A stretch of 64,000 nucleotides of DNA from Moniliella sp. 'wahieum' (lineage: Eukaryota), in the NCBI GenBank assembly GCA_003971905.1, contig RSEE01000007.1, forward strand, positions 1,116,001-1,180,000. Direction: 5' to 3'. This document shows, piece by piece, positions 11,941 through 24,600 of the stretch (positions are counted from its first letter, which is position 1; every line of letters begins with the position of its first letter). The position numbers and the translations under genes are program-made. The notes below the pieces were generated by a model, which worked only from the letters and a program-made list of their open reading frames with translations, did not search any database and was not told the DNA's origin.

Positions 11941-14291
11941 ATGCGCCTCTACCTCGCCGTCGACTGTGGCGGCACCAAGGCTGCGGCGGTGGTGTGCGAT
12001 GGCACTGGCCACGTTCTCGGCCGAGGTCTAGGCGGTCCCGCCAACTTTACCGATGTCGGCTGGCACGTCTTTTTCCGTTCGCTGCGTACGGCCGTGGACC
12101 ATGCGATGGCCCAAGCTAAGGAAACCGCTTCGTCCCCCACTGCCTCGGTTGGCGACAAGGCTGTCCTGCCGCTCTGCCGTGCCTGGTCCGCCCAGTCGCG
12201 CGCATGGAAACGCAGGAGCATCCACGAGGGTATCGTACCCACGGGAGAACAGCATATTTTCGAAGCGGCCTGGCTTGGCATAGCCGGCGTCGATTCAGCC
12301 AGTACTGTGCACCTACTCTCACCCCCCGCCCGTAGCTGCGCTCTTGGCTTGCCTCCACCTCCTACCCCCGCCCTCGTGCTGGCTAACGATACTTCCTTGT
12401 TGGCTGCCCGGTGCACGACCTCCCCGCCCCGCCCGCCCTAACGCCAGCCGAACGGGCGTCGTGGTGATTGCCGGAACAGGATCGATCGTCACGGGTTACC
12501 GAGTGGGTAAGGCATCGTCCGACCTGGCTAGCTTTGGTCGCGTAGGTGGCCTCGGTTGGTTGCTCGGCGACGAAGGGTCCGGGTACGCTGTGGGACGCGA
12601 AGCCGTACGTGCCGTACTGCGCCAGGCGGATGCCGCCCGCTTCGTCGATGGCTCGGACGAGGACGATGTGGCTTCCGAGACGGAGGACGAGGATGAGGAC
12701 GAGGACGAGGAAGGGAGGGCGAACAATGAGAACAATGGCGATTCTGCCGACTCGGCGGCACAGGTTTACCCTACGCTTTACGTGATCGTATTCTTACGGA
12801 GTACAATCTCAGTTCGACCGACGAACTGTTTGGTGTGATTTACGCTTCGGACACGCACGGTCGCGAACCTAGCAAAGAACCTTCCTCCCCCGTCTCGCTC
12901 TTCCTTCCGCACCGGCCTCGCTCAAAGTAGAAGGGACGACCGGCTGCTCCCCCCGGTCCTAATGCGCCCACACTGAGCGAACCCTCACCCCCATCGCACC
13001 CCTCAGCACCGAACGGCCAGGTACACCCGCTTCCTTGGCCACGGCCAGTGAAGGAGAAGCCGAAACCGAAGGTGAAGGTGAAGGTGAAGTCGAAGGTGAA
13101 GAAAAGGCAGTGGGAGAAAGAAAGGCAGAAAGAGAAGCCATTCTCCCCCACGACGCAAGACAAGGAAGCGGAGAAAGACGAGGAACGAGCAGCGGCATCG
13201 TTGACAGCTGCTAGTGAATGGGCCGAACGTATGCTCTCCCAACCCCCCTTGGCTCGACCGCACCATCCGCGCTAAACGTCCCGCCCCAGCATTGAAGTTG
13301 GACAACTCGGATGAACCCCCCGCGGGGCAGAACCCCCAACCCCACCCCCAACACAACAGCAACATGAACAAGAACAACAACAGGGACAGGAACAGGACAA
13401 AACGAGGGCGGGACCGGGAGAAACGCACCTAATCCGCCCAATCCGCCTGCGGCTGCCAAACCTGTGATGGCCCAAGCGCCCAAACATAGGTTGGCAGCCT
13501 TGGCGCCCGTCGTGTTCCATCTGGTTTGTGCATGGAGACGCATTGGCGCTGCTGTGTTGCGCACGCAAGCAGATTGCATTGCGCGGCAAATTGCTGAGCT
13601 GGTCCGGCCCGTGCGCCCAACGGACCAAAGGGAAAGGGACCACAGAGATCTGTGCCCCAGCGGGCCCGCGGGCCCCGCGGGGTCTGTTGGGGCAAAGGGA
13701 TCTGTGCAGCCAGTGGGCAAGGGGGAGAAGAAAGTACGTTTTGGGCCTGGGATTATGCGGGAGCTACGCGTGTGGGGCGCCACCGTCGACCTCGTGCGGA
13801 AAATGCTGTGCTGTGTATGGGTGGAAGCTTATTGGGTGTGGATGCGTATGCTCATTTGCCTTCCTTCGCCAACTGGCTGCCCGTGGCGTGCACTTTGCTC
13901 GTGCATGTTTCGTACCGGACCGGCAAGGAGTGGCGCACTTGCCCTCGCGCGCTTATGGGAAGGTCGACGTGATGCGGGAGGTTGTGGGCGTGGGAGGTGT
14001 GGGGGGGGAGTTGCCCCCTCCAGTCCAGGGGGCGCGGGGGGTCAGGTTCAGAATGTGTCAAGTTCGCATCACCCTCGCGCTCCGCTTTCCTTCTTTTGTT
14101 GGTACCACGTCACACCACCCGAGCACGAACCCGAGCACGAACACGAACCCCAACATGAGTACGTACGAGTACGAACGTGTGAGTACGAGCTACGCGCCAG
14201 GTGCACTGGTTATCTGCTACGCGACTGGCGGCGCAGGACCCCAGTGCGGCGCCCGTGGCTGTGGCCGAGTGGGGTAATGCGATTTAATTGA
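11941..14291 (+). CDS. BadF/BadG/BcrA/BcrD-type ATPase, N-acetylglucosamine kinase-like; frameshifted, 3' end uncertain (~13970-14291)
   Basis: MRLYLAVDCGGTK...LGRGLGGPANF; AAWLGIAGVDS; LANDTSLL; VVVIAGTGSIV; RVGGLGWLLGDEGSGYAVGREAVR; RLAALAPVVF; PARSGALALA. These are the ASKHA phosphate-1/phosphate-2 motifs of NAGK-like kinases. Confidence 0.85.
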
Positions 14292-15751
14292 CGGACAAGG
14301 AGGCGGGGCAAAGCGCAAGGGCAAGCGCAAGGGCAGGGCAGCGATCAGCCGTGTCTGGTACCTAGAAACTGTCTGTGTATCTGTGTATCTGTGTCTCTGT
14401 GTATGTGGGGGGGGGGCAGTACGTGGGCCAGTGGGAAGGCTTAAGGCTTAAGGCCTAAGGTGAGAGGTGAGAGGTGAGAGGTGGGGGTTAGGAAGGGACG
14501 GGGAGGATGGGTGGATGGCGTGCGGTGGCTGACTGGGCTATGGGGGTGCGGCGACTTTGCTGGGAAGAGGGATGGGATGGGATGGGATGGGATGGTGTGC
14601 TGCCTGGATGGAAGCAGGTTGGCCCTGGCCTGGGTCCAGGTGGCGATTGGGCTAAGCTGTACGCCCAAGCTGTAAGCTGTAAGCTTTGAGCAATTTGAGC
14701 TTTGAGCTTGAGCCTTGAGCTTGAAGCTTAGGGACGATGGCGCGGGCCAGCAGCGCAGTTGAAATTGAAATTGAATTTGAATTTGAAATTGCACGTGCCT
14801 GCTATGGTGCTAAAATGAGTGCGTGTGAGTGCGTGCGCCCTGAGGCTCAGGCCGCTCAGGCATGATGCATGAATGCATCGTGGTGCATGATGGGGGCAGG
14901 TGCGCAGTGTCGACAACGCGCCTTGGAGCTTGGGGGCTGGGCTTGCGCTGGCCCGTTTGCGCAGCGCATGGGCGCACGCGCAGGGGGCAAGCGTACCATG
15001 GCGACATGGGACATGTGACACATGTGACATGGGACATGTGACATGGGGTGCCCAGCCGCCCGCGGCGCACTGGTACTGAGTACTGAGCACGGGGCCGGCG
15101 CACGGGGGGGGCCCAGTGCTCAAACTGAGTACTGACGTGCTGGCGCCTCCGACTCAGGACAGAGCTACTGAGGTACTGAGGGACTGAGGTACTGAGCTCA
15201 ATATTCAATTGAATCCTCAGACTGAGGACGGAGTTGCTGAGTTGAGGCGTGCTGAGCTGAGCTGCTCAGCGCTCAGGCTGAGCGCTAACGCCACGCACTG
15301 GCCCAGTGTGCCCTGCTGCAGCCGCAGCTGCAGGTCCATATTCCATGCCGATGCCGATGCAGGGGGGCCGGCCGAGGGGGCTGGACGTAGCATGCAGGAG
15401 GCAGCAGTGGGGGCAGTGGGGGCAGTGTGCGGGTGGCTGGACGACGGAGGATCATCGTTCGAGGATCGAAGATGTGTGATGCATTTGTGATGCATGGGGT
15501 GGTGCACGATGATCGATGCCATGTGCCATCGGGGCGGGGGGCGAGTGTGGGCCATGCAGCCCAGCGCTGGGCGGCGGCGGGCCGACGACAGCCCGGCGCC
15601 CACGGCCTCGCTACTCCGACGGGGGGCGGGGGGGACTCAGAGACCCAGGGACTGGGGGACGCGGCAGGAGCAGCACAGCGCATCCAGCTCCAGCTCGCCC
15701 TAACCCACCACGCTAGCAAGAGGGGGGGAGTTAGCCTGCGTTTGCCTCTGC

Positions 15752-15847
15752 TCATCTCACTTGGCCTCCACTCGTCTCTACTTGGCCTCCACTCGTCTCT
15801 ACCTGGCTCCCTCGTCTCTACTTGGCTTCCACTCGTCTCCACTCGTC
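15752..15847. repeat. ~21-bp minisatellite (ACTTGGCCTCCACTCGTCTCT), ~4 copies
   Basis: Units start at about 15759, 15780, 15801 and 15820. Confidence 0.85.
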
Positions 15848-15894
15848 GCCTCGCCTGATCCTCGCCTCTACTACTCCCCCCCCCCCCCCACGCC

Positions 15895-17819
15895 ATGCCA
15901 GCCGATCTGCTGCGGCTGCTCTAGACCCCCCACCCCCACCCCCCACTTTATGCACCTTCCCTGCGCCCCCCCCGCCCAGCCCCCCCCCCGCGTTGGGCGG
16001 CCCACTCCCACTCCCACTCCCACTCCCACTCGACTCACTTGCCCCTCCGCTCCCTCCTCCGCAACTTGCCCCTCCTCTCCGCTCTCCGCAACTTGCCCCC
16101 CGCTCCGCTCCCCACACCGCCCACGACGTCCACCGCGCCCGCCCTCGCTCGGCTCGACACCACCCCGCACCTCGCTCGCATAACCGCCCCGCCCGCCCGG
16201 TACCAGCCCCGTCTAGCCCACACACTGTCCTCTCCGCGTCCGAGTCGCAGCCGCACGCACATGCACATGCACATGCACATACGTTCGTCGCTTCCCCTGC
16301 TCCCTCGCTCGCGTGGGGCATGAGGACCGTATCGATGCACCCTTCTTTCCTCCCGCCCACGCGGTGGTATCTCCACCATTCTCCCGTCCTTTCTCTATGT
16401 CGGACCTGACGTGACGTGCAGGGAAGAACGTGGCGGCGCTCGAGGCGCTCGGGATCACGCATATCCTCAATATGGCTACGGAAATTCCGGATGGTTGGAT
16501 CGCCGCACCTCGGTCTGCCCAACCTGTTCCACTGTCCAAAGTCCCGCTTACCGACTCGGTCGAAGAGACTAAAGTCCAGGCTTCGATCACGCAGTTGTGC
16601 GTTTCTTGATCGTGCCCGTGATGCCCAGGGGAAAGTGTACGTCCACTGCAAGGCCGGTCAAAGTCGAAGTGTGTTGGTCGCTATGGCCTATCTTATTCAT
16701 AGCCAACACCTCACTTGGCGCCAAGCGTACCATACCGTCTTGGCCTCAACGCCCCGTTGCCTGTCCGAACTTGGCGTTCATTGCGGAACTCATGGCGTTT
16801 GAACGCGCCAGACTGGGTGAGCCTTCTTGGGCTTCCACCTCCACTTCCACTTCCACTTCCACTTCCATTTCCACTTCCACTTCCACTTCCATTTCCACTT
16901 CCACCTCTACTTCCACTTCCACATCCGCTTGGGACAACTCTGCTCCGGTTCCTCTGCAGCTTCCCTGGCTCCTATTCCTTCGTGTGTGTCGAGCGCTAGC
17001 GCCAGCGCAAGTACCATGCCAGTACCACTGCCATACCAGTGCCAGTACTACTGCCAATACCAGTGCCAGTACCAGCGCCACCGCCACTAGCGCCTGTACC
17101 TCCAGCATGTCTGGTCCGAGCCCTTGTTTGTCCGGACGAGCGCTTACACTGCTGCTGGTGCTGGTTACTGGTACCTCTAGCCCATGTTGCCTCCTGCCCC
17201 CGCTCGCCGCCAGGCAACCCATCCGCTCCTCCGTCAGCTTACACCGCCCCCGACCCTCTCGCCCTTACCCTTTCAAGAAGACCATAGTACGTGCGTGCGT
17301 GCGTGTGTGGTGTGGTAGCTTGCCCCATCGCATCATTCCATGGTTTCCTCCCCCCCCTACCCCTCTTCCTTCCTTATCCCCCTTATCCCCCTTATCCCCT
17401 TATCCCCCTTATCCCCCTTATCCCCCTTATCCCCCTTATCCCCCTTTCCTTCCGTCTGCTCCATGTGTCTGTGCTTGTCTCTGTGCTTGTCTCTGTGCTT
17501 ATCCCTATGCTTGTCCCTATGCTTGTTTCTATCTCCCCTCTCCCCTCCCCTCTCCCCTCTCCCCTCTCCCCTCTCCCCTCTCCCCTCTCCCCTCTCCCCT
17601 CTCCCCTCTCCCCTCTCCCCTCTCCCCTCTCCCCTCCCCCTCTCCCCTCCCCCCCTCCCCCTCTCCCCCCTCTCCCCTCCCCTCTCCCCTCTCTCCCCGG
17701 GCCTCGCGCATTTTTTGGTTACAATCCCTCGTTTTGCTCCGCACGGGTTCGGTAACGTGCGCCCCTTGGTGCAGTTGCCGGTTACGCTTACTCTTACGGT
17801 GGATCGGTTGATCGGTTGA
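15895..17819 (+). CDS. Dual-specificity protein phosphatase (DUSP); catalytic core ~16370-16820, termini uncertain, frameshifted
   Basis: ISTILPSFLYVGPD...ALEALGITHILNMATE...KVYVHCKAGQSRSVLVAMAYLI...RPVACPNLAFIAELMAFE contains the HCx5R active site and the AYL/PN.F..L..FE DSPc motifs. A probable intron donor GTACGT lies at 17287. Confidence 0.85.
16834..16922 (+). repeat. (TTCCAC)n hexamer repeat encoding a Ser-Thr tract after the phosphatase domain
   Basis: Visible tandem TCCACT units; translates STSTSTST. Confidence 0.9.
17374..17442. repeat. (CCTTATCCC)n 9-mer microsatellite
   Basis: About 7 visible tandem units. Confidence 0.92.
17532..17698. repeat. (CCCCTCT)n pure pyrimidine tract, ~167 nt
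   Basis: Only C and T from 17532 to 17698, mostly with a 7-bp period. Confidence 0.95.
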
Positions 17820-18870
17820 ACCGTTGATCCGTTGATCCGTTGAACCTACTTAATTGGATCTCTCTCTCTGCTTGATGGCAGAGACGCGTGTGGGTGGGCT
17901 TATGGGCTTATGGGCTGGTGGACTGGTTGGTGGGTTCGTAGGCTGATGCGTTCGTGGGCTGGTGAACTGGTGGGCTCGTAGAGGAGTAACTAGTAAGGTC
18001 TTATTATTATCCTCTGTCTCTGCCCGTGTTCTGCTGACCTCTTCAGTATACATTTGTAGTCCTGCGTGAGGTAACCGGTAACCGGTAAGGCTTGCTAGCT
18101 GGGGTCCTCATCAAAGGTCAACCATTGTGGTAAAGACTTATTGACCACAACTTCTTCCCAAGCCCTGATGGTCAGCACGTTGGTCTCAGGTCTTTCTTTC
18201 TTTCGACTTCTCCCTTTTCCCCCTTGACTTCTTCACCTTTCCGCTTCCGGTTGCACGACTCTGCCGGTGAACGTTGAACGTGAATCGTACTGTAGTGGGC
18301 ACTTCTTTCCCTCTCGGCTCTTCTAGGACGGAAGTGTCTTCTCTCACTACCACAACCGCTCGTCAACGTTCAACGAGCTCCCAGATCTCAGATCTCAGAT
18401 CTCAGATCTCATCCCTTCTCGTCATCGTAGCCCCCGGTCGGGCCCTCGTCAGTCACCTCGTTCTCCCCCATGCAGGCGATTGTAGTGCCTGGCCTCCTCT
18501 CTGTTGGATCTTCTCAGATCTCAGCAGCACGTCGCACAGTGCGTGGGTCATGAGACGGATTCATGTTCTGCAGCGCTCCGCTGATTGGTTTCATCTCGGG
18601 AAGTATATAGGGAGTGGAGATCATATACCCATCATATCAATAGCCTCCACGAAGGTTGCTGTCCTGCTATGACAACGGTGCCATCTACGTCACGAGTCTC
18701 CCTCCTTTTGACCAACCCCTGAACACTACTCCCAGAACCCAGCTCATTGGTCAATCAATCCTTCAAGCAGTCATTGCTTTTGGGGATGGGGCGAGCACGA
18801 TCATGAGAAACGCCAACTGGTTGAAGCTTGGGACAACGGCATAAAAGCAGCAATCTCTGTCGCGGCTGCT

Positions 18871-20156
18871 TTAAAGAGCACCCTTGTCCGCTGCCGCAAC
18901 AGCAGCCTTGGCAGCCTCATCAAGTCCGTCAAACGAGTAGATCTTCAACCCCGACTCCTTAATCATCGCCTTGGCCTCTTTCTCCTTGGTACCCTGCAGA
19001 CGCACCACAAGGGGCACCGATAGCTTGAGATCCTTGGTGGCTTGGATGATGCCTTCGGCAATCACATCGCAGCGCATGATGCCACCAAAGATATTGACAA
19101 AGATAGCCTTGACCTTATCGGAGCGGAGGATGATCTCAAAGGCCTTCTTGACAGCCGCTGCGTTGGCACCGCCGCCCACGTCCAGGAAGTTGGCCGGCTC
19201 CCCACCTTTGAGCTTCAACACGTCCATCGTCGCCATGGCCAGACCGGCACCGTTAACAAGACAGGCAATGTTACCGTCGAGTTGGATGTAGTTGAGGCCC
19301 ACCTCGGCCGCCTCGACCTCGTCGGGATTTTCCTGCGACAAGTCCCGCTGGGCAAAGATATCGGTCTGACGGAACTCGGCATGGTCGTCAAAGCCCAACT
19401 TGGCATCCATGCACAGTACGGCGCCGTCCTTGGTCTCGGCGAGCGGGTTGATCTCTACCTGCGTCGCATCTTTCGCCTCAAACAACTTGTACAGGTTGAC
19501 AAAGATCCGCGCCGCTTCCTTCTCCTGGTCCGGACCGCTAAACCCGAGCTTGTGCGCAATCTCCAGCGCCTGTTGACTGCTCAGACCTTTCTTGAAATCG
19601 ATCGGAGTGGTAATGATCGCTTCGGGATTGGACTTGGCCACCTCCTCAATCGACATACCACCTTGGTTCGAAGCGATCAACACGGGACCTTGGCTCGCAC
19701 GGTCGTTCAACAACGCAACATAGTACTCATGCTGCGGCGCACGCGCTTCAGCTAGAACCACCTTGTTGCAAATCCGACCCGCTGCCCCGGTCTGCTTGGT
19801 AATCAACTTGGATCCTAGCATTTGCTTTGCCAACGTTTCGCGGCCTCAGCGGCATCTTTGAGCAGGTGCACACCACCCTGCAAACCAGAGTCGAAGTGCC
19901 CCTTACCCCGTCCACCAGCAAGCACTTGCGCCTTGATCACCGCCCCGTGCGGAAAGGTTGCCGCTGCAGCTTTGGCTTCCGAAGGCGTAGAGGCAGGTAC
20001 GAACTTGGGTGTCGGAACATCGAATTGGTTCAGCACGCCCATGGATAAGTACTCATGCAGACTCAGGTTGCGCACTTGCTGGGCCCCAGGACGCAGACGA
20101 GGCATCATACTCGCCCGCGCTGCAGCACGAAGAGGAGCAGCTGTCATCGCACGCAT
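18871..20156 (-). CDS. LSC2: Succinyl-CoA ligase beta subunit, mitochondrial precursor (one frameshift near 19830)
   Basis: Arg-rich presequence ending QQVRNLSLHEY; VIKAQVLAGGRGKGHF; QVEINPLAET; CMDAKLGFDD; CLVNGAGLAMATMD; PANFLDVGGGA; VNIFGGIMRCD; VVRLQGT. Confidence 0.97.
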
Positions 20157-22236
20157 AATGTAGTGTGTAGTGTGTAGTGAGGCGTAGGGAGAGGAGAGAG
20201 GCGAGAAGAGGAGATAGGCGAGATCTCAGAAGAGAAAAGGTGAGGGGGAGAGAGAGACGGAAAGATGGAGCCAGAAAGTGGTGAGGGACAAGAATATATA
20301 TAAGTGACTGTCATGATGCGTGAGGCCGTGAGGCCGTGAAGTTCCCTGAGGCGCTGGGAGGGGGGGGGGGGGGTCACGCGTTCATGCGCCAATGAGAGCG
20401 CCGGCAGGAGCCCACTTGCCCAGCCATAGTCAGCATGGGCCACCCATCGGACGAGAGAGATGGGGTGAGGCGTAAGGCGTGAGGTGTGAGGCGTGAGGCG
20501 TGAGGCGTAGAGTGGGGGCTGTGGTGGGCCAGGCGGCTCAGGCGGGCGAGGCGGAGATGTGGGCGCGGATGCGGATGCGGGTGCGAGCGCGGGTGCGGGT
20601 GCGGGTGCGGGTGCGGATGGGAATGCTTATGCTGGGGCAGGCAGGGTTAAAACGTTAAAAACGTGTAAACGTTAATATTTAATCGAAATCTTAGATCTTA
20701 GACGAGGCCGGGGTCTGGGCTTCTCTGCTCGTCTGGGCGTCTGTGGGTGCGAGGCCCTGATGCACTGATGCGTCCTGCCGCACGGAGTACGCAGTGAGTA
20801 CTGATGCTCCGAGGCCTGAGGCTCAGGCCGAGGGGCGCAGGGGGGGGGGGGGGAGGCCTCAGGCCTCAGGAGAGCAGCTTGTGGTATCAATATTGACTGA
20901 CTGGTACTTTGCTGCTGTTGCTGCCGAAGGCGGTGCCGACGACGGCTACGCGCCACCACGACGTGCTCACCGGTCAGCGTCAGCCGCACACCCATGCACA
21001 GGCCACCCCGCCATCGACCATCTCATCCCAGATCTCATCTCATCTCATCTTGATCATCGCGACCACCGAACACCAAAACAATCATTAATCAGCGCTCAGC
21101 GTCAGCATCCGGCATCCGCCATCTGCATCAGTGCATCAGCACTGTCACCATGTCACCCTTGAAGCTAGCTTTAGGCTCCCGCAAGCTCCCGCGCTCCGCG
21201 CTGCCGCCGGGATCGGGACGATTGGTAGGGTCTGGTGGGGCCGGTGATGCCGGTGATGCATGATGCAAAGGCAGGTGCAGGTGCGTTTGCAGTCATAGTC
21301 ACCCAGGGTTACTAACGATGGCATACTAGCTAGACTCCCCCTCAGGCCTCTCAGGCCACGCCTCGGTGGTCGTCACCACAGTCACCACAGTCACCTGAGG
21401 CCTATACTAGCTAACCCACCACCCGGCCCAAGCTCCAGCGCTCGGCTTACGCGTTACGCGTTACGCCCAAACCTCTCTCTCAATCGCCCCACCAAGGTGT
21501 ACTAACTAGTGCTCAGTACTCTCTCTCAGTACTCTCTACCATCTACTCAGTACTCACACTACGCCTACTCATACTCACTCTTAGCTTCACCGGCACTGTC
21601 GCCCCACCACAGCCCCTTGCCATTCGCCAGCACGCCACGAGCCAGAATGCATTACCGGTTACCTATTAGTGCATTGGCGCTTTAGCCAGTTCTTAGTGCT
21701 AAGCCTATAGCCAGCGCTTAGCCACATTATGCATTCCCCACTGGCCCCTCCCTACCCCTCTCCCGCGCGCCCTTTGCTCCCGCTGTTTTCCTGGGGCCCC
21801 GCACTCGGGAAAACAAGCTCCGAAGAGTTAATAAGGCTACCTGACCACTGGTGATCGGACGGTGAGCGAACCCAGCAGACAGTGAATCATTAAATCATTA
21901 ATCATGCATCATGCACCATGCATGGCCATCATCAGCACCTCTGACATTTGCATTTACTATGGACAGCCCAACACCGCAGCCCACAGCCCACAGCAGTGTA
22001 CCCTCGCCCCTCTCTTCCTCCAACCTGCAGGTCCCACTCCCTCGCTCCCAGAGTTGCCAGCGGCAGGTCGCAGTGGGGCTGATGGATTTCGGATCAGGCA
22101 GCCTGAGTCTTAGTGGTGAGCTCACCGCTCTCACCCGACTTACCCAACACTACATATCGATAGCTATGCATCATGCATCAATCTTCTTAATTCCAGTGTG
22201 GCGCATCTGCATGATGCGATTGAGAATTGATCTTCA

Positions 22237-22290
22237 CACGCCCACACGCCCACACGCCCACACGCCCACACGCCCACACGCCCACACCCC
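22237..22290. repeat. (CACACGCC)n 8-mer microsatellite
   Basis: About 6 tandem units visible. Confidence 0.9.
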
Positions 22291-23519
22291 ACACTCTCAC
22301 CGCCTCAGGCCTCATCGCCATCCCTCTTCTCCCACCGTATCGTGTTCAAGTCAACCGTAGCATCTCGTAATCCCCTACACCCATCCACACCTGGCTTGAC
22401 ATTGACAGTTGACCGTCGTTGAGCCGCATCGTTTCTCCTCTCCGTTGATATATTCTCTCTTCTTCAAGAATTTCATAGCATAATCAGCAACCTTCACCAC
22501 ATATATCTCTTGCTTTCATCGATCATTGACATCCCGCTTGTTATTAATTGTTGTTCACACATCCATGATTCATCTCATCTCAGTACACTCAGTACTCAGT
22601 CGATCGCAGATCGCAGATCGCATGCCGTGTACCGTGCGAATCTGCCTTCCCCCCCCCCCCTCTCTCACGCCACTCAGTACTCACATCTCTGTAATATCTT
22701 TCTAGTCATGCTAGTCATCCATTTGATCGATCTCGACGTCGGCGAAATGAATTGAACCAACATTCGCTTCAGCGCCTCGATATCATCAGTCAGTACTCTC
22801 AGTCAAATGTAGGCTAGTTGCTCTTAGTTTCCGTCATCACCTTTCTGATGTACCACGACCGCGATTACCACTCTCCCACCCGCACAGGTCACATTACTGC
22901 CGTCTTCAATTTGACTCGCCATTCATGCACATGCTCGAAGACACACTTGCACAACCACCACCAATGAAAGATTCTCTCCGCCCAGCTTCTGTAGCTAACT
23001 TATAACTCCTAAGCCGCCTGTATCATCTATGATGTGAACGACTATATATAATGTTAAAGGTTGAAGCTTCAGTTGAAGGTTGAACCCGCCTTGCTGAACG
23101 GCTCCTTCGATGGAATCCAACCTTCTGCTTGATGCTGGCTGGGTCAGTGTCTCATCGATCATTCTTGTGGTTCTTGAGAGTTTGGATTACGGAGGTTGCT
23201 ACAAGCTACCAAATTCACCACAATACAATTAACATTTTGTTGCTGTACGAAGAGATTATATGTACCCCTGTGTGCCTCTCATCTCCACTCGTTCTCAAAA
23301 TACATAAAGCTAACAGTTCTTTTCTCTCTTCTTAGGATACCCACATTACCAAATTCCAACTCTCAACCCGCAACCCTCAAGCTTCAAATGAAGCCGCCCG
23401 ATAACTATAGGTCCTCTGAGGGAGCCTCACTAATCATTATTGAGAACAACTTGAGGGTGGAGAGCCAGCGAGGAGAAGAGGTCTCGACTCTGCGAGTTCT
23501 GTGCGACTGCTCGCTTTGA

Positions 23520-24600
23520 CTACAATTTATAGTCTACTGTAATTTTACTACGCTGCATTGCTTCCCCTTCACCTGTACTATAGCCTGTTTGAGTTTTGAC
23601 TCTCAGCTGAGCCTCAGCGCTGAGCCCCCGAGACACGTTGAAAAGTGCCGTCACTCTGTCACTGTGTAACTCTGTCAAATTCTGCTCACACGTTTGTGCC
23701 CCCCCGCACAAAAGACGGAGAGTCTGGGACATGCGAGAGGTGACAGTCTACGAATAGTTTAAGGGCACCAGCTGGCGACAGCCATATATCCTTCTGTTGG
23801 TGCTGTTTTGTTCGCATTATATTCGTGCGGCCTACCTCTTGACAGAGGAAGAATGGAGCAAACCCAAGGTGGGCGAGCGAGGCAAGAAGAGAGTCAGATG
23901 GACCCACATTGAGACGATCAGTAGGACCAGCAGCGTTTTTTTTGATGTAATTGGGACGCAGAGGTCAACCAATACCCCCCCCACAAAACGGCACCCGCGG
24001 GGAATATAGCAAGACTATTAACTACCAAAGGGGAGTTGGCATCCTGGAAAGGGAATCTCCCTGCAGATGGACATGGTTCATTGATCGTTGATAGTTCTTC
24101 ATCCAGTCTGTCACCCCTCTGGCTCGTCGGGCAAGGGGGGGGGGGGGAGAGAGACCTGGCGTAGGCCCGAAGCGTGGGCTTCGTACCAAAGAACTGTCCT
24201 TCTGCCTGGTTACCGGTATTCTGCCTGTACTGAGTCCTAGCGTCGAAGGCCGGTGTTGAGGGAGGACGTAGAACAAGACTATCGGCCGCTTGCCACCAAT
24301 CGAATGGATTCTTGTTCGGAGGGGTGTTTATATAGGCAGGCAATGTTCCGTGAGCTAGTATGCGATATAGGTAAGCGGCCAGGCTGTGGTCTGTTGCGAA
24401 CCACATATGGCTGAAGCGCTGAAGGTAGTCCCCCCCGCGCGATCGCACGCTCGGAGCACCGGCTATCAGAAGCCGAGAGCGATGAGCGATTGTAAGCGCA
24501 GCAGCGGTGCCAATGGTCGAATTGCCCTGTGACATGTGACACCTTCTCTACAACATAGGTTACAGGCACGAAGGCGCGAATCAGAAAGGGAAGATGCAAT
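23520..24600 (-). other. Possible orphan coding region (includes the 205-aa ORF 23918-24535)
   Basis: Long ORF with protein-like composition (DYLQRFSHMWFATDHSLAAYLYRILAHGTLPAYINTPPNKNPFDWWQAAD). No family recognised. Confidence 0.3.

Noticed and set aside
16715..17819. Alternative ORFs with FHFHFH, PLPLPL, EVEVEV and PSPL repeats
   Set aside because: They arise from microsatellites read in different frames and are not separate genes.
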